Source: Tubiluchus corallicola (taxonomy: Eukaryota > Animalia > Priapulida). From it: a stretch of 64,000 nt of DNA. The notes beneath the pieces are model-generated. The model did no database searches. It was not told where the DNA came from and saw nothing but the letters and a program-made list of their open reading frames with translations. This document shows positions 29,439 to 42,800 of the stretch, piece after piece (within the stretch, counting starts at the first letter, position 1; each line of letters starts with the position of its first letter). Position numbers and translations under genes: made by a program. The DNA lies in assembly GCA_030141605.1 (NCBI GenBank), contig JAQGDQ010000570.1, positions 62,001 to 126,000 on the forward strand, written 5' to 3'.

Positions 29439-29560
29439 TATGGAGCAATTTTGTGGACTTCTGTGAAATAGCAAGACTCAAGACAGACACTCAGTCACAC
29501 AAACAACACATGATAGTATTATAAAGAGTAAAATTGTAGGTCTAATACGAAAACAGGTTA

Positions 29561-29950
29561 CAGGGCCTATTTCAGCCTAAGCGAGGCCCGGGGAAGTGGG
29601 GCGTGTGAGGCCCCCTCGGGGTCGCCACCACGGTTGGCGCCCAGAAAATTTTTGAACTGCTAGAACGCCAGAGAAGCATTTTCGAAGAGAAAATATGGAG
29701 TTATACAGTTGTTAAAGGAAAGAACAATTGAAAGAAAAACTGCTTTATTCTCAAGACCAGTCAATACTTATCAAATCGTCAAATCAAAAACAACATCTTT
29801 GCAATATGTAATACCATACTCTCACTCTCAAGAGAGAGAGGGGGAGAGAGGAGGCAGTATGTTCGCATAAAGCAAAAAAATGTTACCTCTGCACGAAGCC
29901 CCCTCTGGAGGGTGAGTCCCCATATCCCCCCCCCCCTGAAATAGGGCCTG
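29561..29950 (+). mobile_element. hAT MITE family H2, second copy
   Basis: Same TIRs and body as 12764-13286, with internal deletions. TSD imperfect. Confidence 0.85.
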
Positions 29951-30810
29951 GTTATACACAAACATGCTTTGAACTTCAAAAAAAAAATCAATGCGATTTT
30001 TAAGATATCACTCTTAAATGTAATTTTTTTATTCTTGGAAGCAGACATATTATTACTGCGAGGGTTAATTTATGTTTAAAAATAGTTAATGATTTGCACT
30101 TACATAATGTGAACATAGACATGCCCACAAGGACGAGCACAAAATACTGAATATCGTAAAAAAGTAAAATGTATCACAAATTACAGCATACGTAGAAGTT
30201 ATTATAGTATTAACACCTAAGAGTTAATTTGATGTAAATCAGTGGTAAATCGTAGATAAAACTTATTAGTATACAGTTAAACGTCATTATAATGCCTAAT
30301 GCCCAAATTTTCAACAAAACAAATGCCTATATTTCCATAGATATGCATGAATTAATGCACCTTGTTACAGTGCCAAACCTTACAGTCCCAAAGTAGGCAG
30401 TATAAAGACATTTGACTGTATGTGCATAGTTGGATTTCTGTAATGTACTTCAAAAAATCTATGGTTTATAGCTATAATATACTATAGCTTTCATCTTTCA
30501 GATAAGAAGGACTATATAATTTTATACGAATTATAGTATATGTCAGACAACAATTATAAAACACCCGTCAATTGTGTATATCTCTGATCTCACTACAATT
30601 TTCAGGTAGTTATAGTAACAAATGTGTACGGAATATCACACAATACCAGACATTAACTGGAAGACTGTAAAGATAGCACAATGAACTTAGCAGCTGTGCA
30701 AAGTTTGAGTCACAAAAAGTGAGGCAAATTGAATATACCTCTATTATAAATACTTAACAATTATAATACAAAAACTGAATAAGTTAAGTAAGAAAATATT
30801 ATAAGCACCA

Positions 30811-33800
30811 TCAATCATTGAGCTGACAAAGCAAGGCTGCTCCCTTTGATATCCAATAATCCTGTGGCTGCATGCTGGGCAGATGAACAGGCACAACAAA
30901 GTTCGTGGAATGACCAGTTGTGGACAATACGCCTGCTCTGGCACCAGTTTTGTATAAGGGAGCGGTGTACAGATTCTCTCCAAGTTCGTAATTCATTTTT
31001 GGCTCCATGTGCATAGCTGGCAGCGGAGACGTCATCTCCCCAAAGAGGGAATCTTCAACAACCATGTCTTCCATGTTCCACCTGAAGGCATCCATGAAGA
31101 TGCCATGCACAATGACGCCATCTTCGATGCATGGTAGTTCTTCATCTATAGCCAGCTTTCTGCCAAATCTCATCTTGTCCCTGACAGCAAAGTATTCTGC
31201 TTGATGTCTGTACAAAGGAAGAACATGAAACTCAAAACTTAACTGATCTATTGGAAGCCCGTATTTCCTAGCATGATTTTGTAATGTACCGGTGAGAAAG
31301 CCTTGTGGAAAGAACAAACCTGACATCCAATATGAAAATGGGTGGCCATGGTGTATCCAATCATCAATAAACGCAGTCCGCATAACCAAATCAGTCACCC
31401 AGCTTCCGAGCGGTTTTAAAGATGGATAAGCAGCACTTTCCCAAAGTTCTGGCACTCGGTTGTTTAAAAATGCATTATAAACATTTTCCAGTTCTTCACT
31501 CATTACAACAAATCCCTTTATTGCTTTTTGAAGAGTTTGGAGGGAGTCTTTTATTATTCTTAAAAGGTTATTAAACCTATCTACTTCCTGAGAGAGGACA
31601 GTAGTGAGTGAATTTATTCTACCATTGGCATCAAGTTCAAATAAAGCTTCGGGTGCTTCTTCTATGTCAAGCTTTTCTGTTAGCTTATCTAGAATGTTAA
31701 CAGAAAGGTCGTGAACTGTGTCATCATTTGATTCCCCTGTTCCACCACCCACCAACCTTGGCTGTACGTTCATCAGTGTAGTAATCAGTTTGTTTGTTTC
31801 TTCTATTTGGTAGGAAATATTTGCATTGTAATTCATACCAAAGATTTCAGGATCATCCGCAATTGGCAGATCATTTATGTAATCTCTGTATTCCTGCAAT
31901 GACATGTATTCTGGTGCATAATACATGCCTGACTCAGAATATTTGTAATCTGTTTCCAAGGTTTCAGGTGCAAAAAAGCGCTTTAAAACTGTCCGTAAGC
32001 ATCTCTCATCCCAATAATCCGTTACACGGCCACCGTACGTGATCTGCCCTGTTATATAAATTAATGCTTCCCATGGTATTGCACTTTCAGCACAGAAGAT
32101 TTTCAAATTTTCTATAGCACATTCTCGGTCACTGTCGCTGAAGTCGTACTGAATATTCCAGCCAAGCGGTCCAAATTTTTTCCTTTCTTGTACAATAGCA
32201 TGAAAAAAGCAGATACCAAAAATGATTTTTTTCCAGTCCATTCCCAGATGATGCTCCTCAAAGGCTTCTGGTGTTAATTCACCAAATGCTCTTCTGATGT
32301 TTGCACGAAGTCCTTTAGGTGGTTCATTGGTTACCTTAACGCTGTTCTGCAAAACACTCACAGGAAATGATTTAACTGGCATCGAGCTGAGAAAAAGACG
32401 AAAGTTTTTGTTAATCTCTGCATCTTTTGTTGAAAATGACTTTATTAATGTTTCCATAGTCAGCATCCACGATGCTGCTAGATGACAATTTTGCAAAAAC
32501 ACCCACTCTCCTGTTTCCAAGGCACTTGCTATTAGCTTTTCGGCAACAGGTCCTTGGCCTTGGCCAAGGGAGATAGTTTGCACCTTGTCGGCATAATTTT
32601 TTTCTCTGGCAAATCGCATAAATGCTCCCATTGGATCTGAGCCGGTGCTAAGAATAAAGACCAAAGGAATTTTGTAACTAATATCCTCATACAAAAGCTG
32701 AAGCTCCACGGGAGGGCTTTCAACAAATGTTTGACTAAGATTTCTTCGTACAAAATCTGTAACAGCAAAAAGAACCTTCTCTTCTCGGAATGCTTTGACA
32801 AACATAAGTTTTTGAAAGTCACTAAGCCTGCCATTCCAGTAACCATCATCACAATTTTTCGACAGATCAGGTTTGTAGGTTGGCCATTCGGTTGGATTTA
32901 TGGACACCTTTGTTTCACCAATTGTGACATAACAATTACATTTAGTGACAACATCGGTTAAACTGGCAAAAGCTGGTATGGTGTCTGCTAGATCACAACA
33001 CATATTCCACATTGCCTGAGACAACCATGGTAAATCTTCTTTCTCTCTTCGCTCCTTATCAATGCCAGCCGGACCTCGGACAAAGAAATTCCACTCTGAC
33101 TGCTTTATGACATCATCTTGTCTCATAATTGAAGTACACAACATAAAGGAGAACAATAATTTATGTCTTTCAAAAAGACCCCTGGAAACATTTGTATATA
33201 CAGTAAGAAGTGACTGATCCAGAAGTGTCTGCAACCGTGTTTGCAGATTTTCGCTCTTCTCACTGTTTTCTATGCACATGCTGAATAGCTGCTTAAAATA
33301 CTTCAGAGAATACTGGTACATTGGATCAATTTCAGCTAGGTCGACTATAACAAAATACAGGACACTTCCTCGGGCAGCAACTGATCGATACTTTTCACGA
33401 GCTTTGGTTATTTTCTCCTCAGTAGTTACAGCATTTTTCAGTTCTCTCGCAATAACTCCTGAAGTAACTTTGGAATCATTAAGAGCATTCACTAATTCCT
33501 CATCATCCAGCACATTTCCTTCTGAATTATATAGCATGTGCAAAATTTTGTCTTCAATGTTTTTAAGCTGATTTTTGTTGTTATTAATTTCAACAATTAA
33601 CTTATTTCGCTCTGTTTCTAAATCTGGTCTTTCTAAACTAACAACATCGCTTAGTAGTTGGTCTTCAAGTCCAGACAGAGTCACGGTGAAATTGATAATT
33701 GTTACTTTTATGCATATCTCAGGCAAATAATGTGGATTTGCTAGCTTTGTGGTCAAATACAAACGAAAGTTCGGGTCATAATCAACAACACTTTCACCAA

Positions 33801-36800
33801 GCCGGATGACAGGCCTTCCACCTTCTATGAATGTTTGCTTCAACAGCACTGGTTTCAAAGCTGGATCCAGAGACTCTTGCACTTCTTCGATCAGAATTGG
33901 CATACCAATTCGAATGCAATTTTCTACAGTTCGCATGAAATTGCTGTCTGTTTGTTTAACTATCTGTAGGTTGTTCTTTGCCTCCATTTGCATAATCCAG
34001 TGATTTGCTTGATCCTGAGGATCGATCAAAAGGGGCCAGCGATTACTATTTGTTGCCAATAAAGCATTCTCTGTCGAAAAATCATCTCTAGGTAACCCAT
34101 CAATGTTCCATTGTCGTATTTTATAAGGATCACCCAAAATTTTTATCAAATTGAAATCACTAGAAATTGGAATCTGTAGTTGTTTACACTTGGCTACCCA
34201 AGGACCTACCAATTGGTCTCTATACTGACTCGTAAAGGCACCATAATAAGCAACACAAGCAGCTGCAACAAAAACATTACCAACTATATTATTTAAATCA
34301 TCTTCAAATGATAAGGCAGAGATTTTCCACCTTTCTTCCTCATCTGCTAACGCTGTTGTCAAAACGGACGCTCTCTTAAGTCTGTTGGAAGTTTGTTGAA
34401 TGTTTCCTTGTAGTTCACTTTTCTCTCGCACAGTATCTTCATACTTTTGTTGGAGTGATTTTATATTATCTTCAACCTTATGAAGTTTATCTTGCTGTTC
34501 TTTAAGAACTGCATTTGTTGCATCAAGCTCTTTTTGCGCTATTGCTAACTTTTTTCTTTTTGGTTCCACTACTTTTACAACTTTTGCGTAAAGGTCAATA
34601 GCAATTATCCACATGCAAAGTGACTTGCAAGCTTTTGAAGTTTTTTCTACAACTTCAGGAACAAACTTAGGATTCTCAATATATTTTTTCAGTTTTTTCA
34701 AAGTAGAATCGGGAATACTATCTTTATCGTAATCAACAAGCCTCTTTAAAAAACCTGCATCACTCAGAAGTTTTTTTGACATTTCCCAATCTGGTTTTGC
34801 ACCTAAAAGAATGCAAACAGCCTCCATTACGGTTAACACCATTTCAGGAGGTTTACTGAAAACTTTTACTTCAGAAATGTCATTTTTGTCTAATGCATCT
34901 AAAGCTTTTACTGAGGCTTCCAATGCAGGAAGGGCTTCATCAAGGTCTCTTTGCGCATCAGCCGCAATTGCAGCTGTTTCATCAGCTTTCATTGTTGCTT
35001 TAGCTTCATCTACCATGACAACTTTTCTGACTTTATCTGCCTTTTGCTTATCAACGGACAGCTCTTTCATCAGCTTCGTAACTTCTTCCGACTTTCTCTT
35101 TAATACGGGTTCAAGGGCTACTAATTCGACTTCCATTTTACCAATAAGCTCATTTGTTTCAAGCAATTTTGACAATCCATTTTTTACTCGGTCACGTGCA
35201 GAGATTATTTCCTCCTTCTTTTTTTTGTACATACAGATGTACAAATTTATTAATTCTAAGTAGCTCGTAGGTGTTGTATAATAACGACGTCTCAATTCAG
35301 CATAAAACTTCTCTGTCAATTCTGTAACCGACAAGTGGATTTCACTACACATTGCCGAAATTTTGTTTTTGACAGTGTCGTCACCTAAATCTACCTGTTC
35401 GAACAAGGCTTCAGACACTGACAGCAAGGCGTCTTGTGGCCATTCAGTAAACCAATCAATTGTGCAGCAATTAATGAGTGAAGGAAACATGCGACATCGA
35501 TTTCTGAAGCTATTTCCAACTGGTGACATACAAAGAACAATATGAAGATTATTTCTTACTCGGTTAATGAAAAACTGGAAAATCCCATCTCTGTCATTAT
35601 CAACAACACCTGCTGCTTCTGCAGGATCACGGCATTTAATCATTATCTGCTCATAATCTTCAGGTTCAAATAAATTTGGAACTTCACCTGAATTCAGCAT
35701 GTTATTTATGTCTTCTAGAAACTCTTCGACCACAATTTGGGTGTCACTGAAGAGAAACACTGTGCTCTTGTTTTCTAACCCTGCAGCAAAATAAAGAGCT
35801 TTCAAATCCTCACGAAATGCAGTGTAGTCATACCCACGACACAGTTCAATTTGGAAGCAGTCGCACCCACAAAAGTGACTTGCCAGTTTAGTTACAGATT
35901 GTTTTCCAGTGCCACCAACTCCCACTAAAAGGGCATTACCTCTTTCTTGTCGAATCACTCTTGCTATACGAGAAATATGTTCTACTGCATCTAAGAAGAA
36001 AACCAGTTTCAGCTCCTTGGAAGACTCCATGTTATAGTCATCAAGGTACTTGTCAAGAGCCTTTTTCACTTTATCCATATCTAATAAGTCTTCGTAGAGT
36101 CTGTCAGCTTTCTCTACCTCTGTTTTAACAAAGTCTCCAAATATAATTGGTGATGCAGTGAAGCTTACTGGGTCAATATGTTCATGAAACTGCCGGTAAG
36201 AAACCTCAGCTAAAATATTATGGAAATATAATTTGTCCTCTTGATTTATAAGTCTGTCATGAAAGACTCTTAATGCTTCATGGTGAAATAACCTTAAAAG
36301 TTGTTGCTGAGATTTAACAACTATTGGTGAAACCTGTAGCATGCCCTGTATGCACTTAGAAAGATCTCGCAAGTTGAAAACGTAGTGTGACTTTGCTGGC
36401 GTGGGTAAGAGATCAGTTGACATGCGATTGTATATCTCAACTGCTGACTTTACTACATATTCTGCACTCTGCTTCACAGCATGGTTGTAATCTGCTAGGA
36501 AGCCTGTGATAATACAAGAAAATATATGCTTGAGACTACTTTCATCAGGTGACGGAATACAAAACATGCTGAAGAAGCGAATCAATCTTAGAGTAACTGG
36601 ATTACGACCACCCCCGGGAGGTGCGCAAGCTGCACAGAGGGTCACATTGTGAATTTCCTTCCAAAATAACTGGTCTCTGTCATAGAATCCTCCAAAACCT
36701 AGATATTGTCTCAGCAGTTCTATTGGTGGCTGGCAGCCATATGTATCTAATTTGGGCATATTTAAATCATCGACAAATATAACCATTCGCTTGTCAGATG

Positions 36801-39800
36801 GTGGACCTAAAACATTTTTCTTGTGCTTCTCCAGCTTTCCTTCGATCATGCTTTGCATGCGATTACTGCTGGTTTGAGCTGAAAAGTTTATAAACATCGA
36901 CAGGTATTTTCCTCTTTTAGTTGCTTTATTCAACAAACTGCTTGCAATCACGGATTTTCCAACACCTGTTGTCCCAGTAAATAAAACAGGCTTATGCACA
37001 GTGACTAATTTTTCCATAAGAAAGCTAAACTTAACGGAATATACAGTAGGAACAAGCATATCGAAAAATGGCAAAGTTTTGCTATAATTAAAGCGAGGTA
37101 CAACGCGATCCCATAATTCAAATTGCTGAGTCTCATAATCAACGTAATATTTCCATAATTCCTCACCTGAAGGGATTCTGGCGTCTTTATCCTCAAACTG
37201 TTCATGAACAAACGCATTAAATTCTTCACCGGAACACTCGCTCAAGTTACCACCAATAGCCCAGAAGTAGCAAAAGACAAAAGTCATATATATAAGACCA
37301 TTCAACTGAATTCCAGCCATGTCCAAATTAGGACCATCTTCAGCCGTTAGCAAAGATTCTAGAAGGTAGCAAAGAGTAGCCACTTTACCTAAATCAACCT
37401 GCTCCATTGCCTGCACACATTTTTTCTTAACAAATCTTAGTCCGTCGTCTACATATCTATGAAAAAGCTCCAAAATATAATCGGTCAATTCAGGTCTAAT
37501 TCCCTTAGCATCAAGACGGGGTATCCATGTTTCCACATAAGGCTTCCATCCCAGTTCTTCTGGGTCCACATAAACCATGCCACATCTACTAACAGTAGCT
37601 GGAGACGCAACTGCTAAATCTTGTACTTCAAATAGCATATGAATATTAGGTGGAAGCTTTATTCTTTCACTATTTGCTAGGCAAAGCATCTTATTATCAT
37701 CAAGCACAGTATTCATGTTCTCAATCCACAATGCATCTACTGGTCCATCACACACTACCCACTTATGTTCATCCTTAAGATCTTGACAAGCAGCTCTTAC
37801 AATCTGGGCAAGTATACCATCCCTCCACTCGAGCGTCAGTTTATTAACTTCACCATATAATTCTCCCAGCGTTACAGATTTAGGATTAAGTACATAGGTT
37901 GAGACAGGTCGGTAGTCAGGGTGTTCGATTTTTGCTTCGTAAAGATCAGTGAGTGTGTCCTTTAGTATTTCATAACAAGTAGTCTTACCACCACAAGTCG
38001 GTCCCACCAGCATGACTCCATGTCGAACTTGCATTGTTTCAAATAATTGAATTATCTTTTTCACACTCGTTGGCACAGCCTTCAAATCATGCCTTATCAT
38101 TGATTCAATAATAAACTTCTCAAAACTTCCATAATCATGTTCTGGCAGTACAACACCAGGAAACAGATCTTGCAATATGGCTTGAAATAATTCCACATCG
38201 TGAGAAAGAAACTTTGGGAGGTTACTATCTCTCAAAGCTCTTATCAAAACCACGTCTTCACTTTTGTCCGGATTTTCTCGCTTTAAAGATCCCGCCATGA
38301 CCAAAACAGATTTTACTGCTCTCATGCCAAAATCATAATGATCCTGCTGGGAAAGTTGCTCACTACAAAGTTTATACATCTGAGTCATCTTCTTTGCGAG
38401 GGATTTGGAAGACTCAAAACCTTCAGAATACAAAATTACTTCGGCAATCAAGCTGTAATCTGGCACCATCATTGCTTGAGGTCTGAACAGAGACTTCAAA
38501 TTATCAGGTAACTCTGTTCGACCTGCATATCCAGGATTCATTGTTATAAAAGCAGCGCACGATGGAACAAGTTTGATGTCTCTACCTTCAAATGCAAACG
38601 TTTTAAGGTTGGCAACTTTAGCATTACGAATTGTGAGAAGCTGTTGTGCAATAACTGACAACACTTCAATATCAATCCTGTTAAATTCATCAAAACAAAA
38701 CCACGCACCACTCTGAGCCAAACCCGCAAAAAACCGAGCCATTATTTTATAATCCAGTCCTTCTGAGCAGTTGAAAACAACACACTGTTTTGCAAGTGAT
38801 TTGGCTAAATCTTTGACAGTCTCTGTTTTTCCTGTACCTGCTGGACCTGCTGGTGCTCCACCAAGCTTCAACTGCAAGGCTCCCATTAAGCATAAATAAC
38901 AACGATCGGTCAGTGGTGTGATTACCAGTCTAGAAGAAGCACCAAGGTACTCATAACCGTAAACATAAGAAGAGTTTGACATACAAACTAAGCAATTGTC
39001 TATTTCCAGATTCCAATAATATCTCAACTGTTTTTGCCACTCAAAATGATGTATTTCATCTACTTCTGCCTCAATCATTCCTGTTACAATATCTCTTGAA
39101 TGAACATCAACAGTAATAAGGGCACAAATAGTACTGCGCTCGAGTTTGCTCAGATCGCCACGCACTAAACTAGCTAGCTCATTTAGATCACAAAAACATT
39201 TTTCTAGAAACATTTCAAGTAGCCCATATCTATCATCATCGGCATTTAAACATTGTTCTAGAGTTCTACACCAAATTATTTGTGAAGCAGTAAGAACAAC
39301 CTGTGATGGATGACTGATTACCCAGTTTGTACGTGACTCCTCAGAAAACTCTGCAATGGCCAACTTTGTTGCTTTATGCAAAGTTGACACCATAGCCTCT
39401 TCAACCTTTCCAAGCCATTCTTCGACATTGCCTCTGGCTTTAAGTCCTTTCTGCAGCACCACATGTTCACCTTCAGGTGAATTCATTGCAAGAATTTCAT
39501 TCGTAGGTTTATCGTCTTGTGTTCCAAACTGAAGATATGCAATAGCATCGAAGCATTTTCTGAGATGAGGCTGCACGGCCTGAGGATTTCGAGTTTGGGA
39601 CAAAATTTCCAACAACTCATCATTAGACAGGAAATAGAATCGCGGAAAAATAACTCTCTTTGATTCCAAATAGTCTTCCAAGCATTTTTGAACTTGCTCC
39701 AGGAGAGCATTATTTGTCTGCAGCGTTTCTAGTAAACCAGGCTGTGTAGCCGCCCTGATTGCTAAAGGTATTTTGTTAACCTTCCTCATAATGTCCTTCC

Positions 39801-42800
39801 ACGACTTATCTACCTGTGAAAACATTTTTGCTTCAACAGGTAATTGTCTCTGGATATCTGGTGCACAAAATACGTTTTCAAGATACAACCAGTTGCGCTG
39901 ACACTCCAGCCACTGATCTAGTGTTTGGCCAAACAGCTGAAGATTTTTTACCCATTCATCAACTCTCGGTTTGATTGGCCCCACGTGACGGGAGTTTGCT
40001 ATTGTGCCAATGTTTATACTGCTGTCCTCAAACAACTGTTGTATATCATCAGTGCCACCAAGTATAAACACATCTTTAGAATCTTTGTGGGGCAGAACAA
40101 TAAACTCAGCAGTCTTCCATGCATCTTCAACCTTTTTCAGAATAGTTTCCAAGCTAGCTTCAGCACTAGCTTCACCAGATATATTTTGAATTTCTTCGCT
40201 TCTACCAAATGCATTAATTTGTTCGAGCAGAAAAAGAGTGATGACCTCATCTGGCATAATGGATCTATCAAGCACATTTTCAATTGCTTCCCAGTGGCGA
40301 CTTTTAAGAGCAGGATTTCTCAAATTGGAAATGACAGGTAGTTTGTGTCTCATTTCCTCAACTTCTTCCTTTAGCTCTGGCAGTATTTTGTTCATCGGCA
40401 GTCCTTTCTCTAGTTGCTGAACAAGTCTCACATACTTGGTAATTTCAACCGTCAACTGTTCAGGCTCTATTTTTTCAAACTCACATGTGTACCATCCGTT
40501 TACAACATCAGACCACTCTTTTACAGATTTCCACAGCGTCTGTCTCAACTTCAAGTCATTTTGCGCTTCTGCACCTTCAAATGGCACTACTTCAACATTA
40601 AACATCTTTTGATATCCTATAAACTCTGAAGCCTGAGCCTGTAACTCATCCATGCTTTCCTGCAAGCAATTCAACAGTGACCATATCTCTTCTTGATTTA
40701 CATCTGGATCTAATAAAACTGGATTCTGTATATCTGTAAAGACAGCTTTCACGCTTTTGTTCAGGGAAGCCATATCCTTACTTAAAATGACAGCCAATTT
40801 GTCTATAAGTGCGTCCCTTTCAGACACTCCTCTATCAATAGCGCTACGCAGAGAATAAGCACATCCACTCAAAGTACTAAAAACAGCAAGGTCTTCAGGC
40901 GGGACAGGCACAGCATACTTCTCAATTAAGTCATACATATCCTGCACAATATCGACATCTTGTTCAAGAATGTCAATTCTCATCTGAACGGAATCCAAAA
41001 ATGAAAGTTTGTTTACGTAATCCATTGTCGTCTCAGGTTTAGCTTGTAGCCTGTGTACTCCATCTTCGGTCTCAGTGATAAGTTCATCAGTTTTAGTTTT
41101 TGCAAGGGTAGGCATGATATCATATATTACATCAAGGCAGCGCCTAGGTGAAGGAATTATCTGTTCTTTTAGTGCTAATGTGTCAACCAGAAGTAGTCCA
41201 ATGGGTGTCTGGTCCAGCAAAGTAGATGCTTGTACACTTTGTCTGGAATATGTCTCTAACGCACTTTGAAAGAAGTCAAGGTCGCATGTTTCTTTTATGA
41301 GCAACTTTTTGTCCAGTGCTTCATTTTCCAAATAAAATGAGCGCACAGGATCAAAGATTTTGCTAAACTCCTCGCAGTATGCAAAAGCTTTGCTTATATG
41401 CGCTTTTACCTCAGCAATAATTTGCTTTATTCTGCCATCATCTGCAACTATCTCTTCAAGACGAGGGCCATTGCCACAGGTCCTGCTTTCTTTTTTCCTG
41501 TTGATGTACGGGCAAATAAAGGGATCAAAAGTAGCATCTGGTGTAAGTGTTTCTAAGGCAAATGCTGTTGTCTTAAAGGCATCAATAACTTTCTCAATGT
41601 CAACTTGGAAATAATACCGTGAGGGTCGAAATGTCAACACTTTCTTTGGCAATTGCATTTGCGTCACAAAAAGTGGGACATCCAAACGAATGGTATCAAG
41701 TGTACTTCCAGCATCGACAGCGGTGCTAGATTTGACTGCAAGAGAGGGTCTCGATAAATGTGTCGACTTTCTCTCGTCGACATCCTTTGTACAATTGTTT
41801 GGCAAATTGCCTGTTTTGTCAACTAGAGTCTGAAACTTATTTAACAAAAACTCTATAGAGTTCACAGTTAACACGTGCAGCGCATTCAGAACAAGGTAAT
41901 CTGCTAGTCGCACAAAGCATGTTAATCGGAGACACTTGCTGCGCTTCGTCGCTTGCTCTGTGTATGTCATTTTTTCGGGCGCATCACCCCAAACTACGAT
42001 TTTGTTATCAATAGGTATATCAGTGCTGTCATCAGCGTTATAATTGTCTGGGGTGAATCCGTCAGTAACCAAAGTCACTTTACAAGCGTTTCTCACAACT
42101 TCAGCCACTAGATCTCGGAATTCTCTTAACCGAGCAGCTACATCTTGTAACTGGGTTAACTGCTCCTTCACAAAACCCTCAAGAGTGTAAGTGCGACCTT
42201 CTTTAATATCGCACATGCTCATATGACTTATCGCACACGTCATTTCTCTGACATTCAACAGAGCCGGTCTCAAGCAGTGGTTAGTTATGAAAAGATTTTC
42301 CTTGATTTTTTCTCGGCTTTTTCGATACTTTGTACGTCGCACTGTTTTCCTCCAAAACGTAAAAGCCTTTCGTGTTTTCGCCAGTTTAAATATCGGAATT
42401 TTTATCAGTTCTTGGTAATAGCGGTACTCGTGAGTCCACCTGTCAAGGTCGGTAAAAGTGTGTCCCTCGTCAGTAATATGCATCACCCCATAGGGACTAA
42501 AAGTGTAATAACTACATTTATCACGCTCGCTGTACCTCACAACTTTTAGATTGTAAGGATGATAATGCACAGACGATTTAGGCACCGCAGAAGTTAAATA
42601 CAAAAACCCAAGATCAGGATTTTGCTTTAGTATTTCCACAATTGTGAGAAGATCAGTTATAGACATTAGAACGTTTAGATCCACGCCAGGTGCCAGCTGA
42701 GCTTTCGAAACAGCAGGACAAATGGGACTTAATGTTCGCGAAACAGTCCTGCGTGAAAATGACATTTTTTTCTGCTGCTCCAGAAATGACTTGTGTAATT

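Noticed and set aside
31007-42549. Many short ORFs overlapping DNAH6
   Set aside because: Antisense or off-frame shadows of a long coding sequence, with no recognisable domains.
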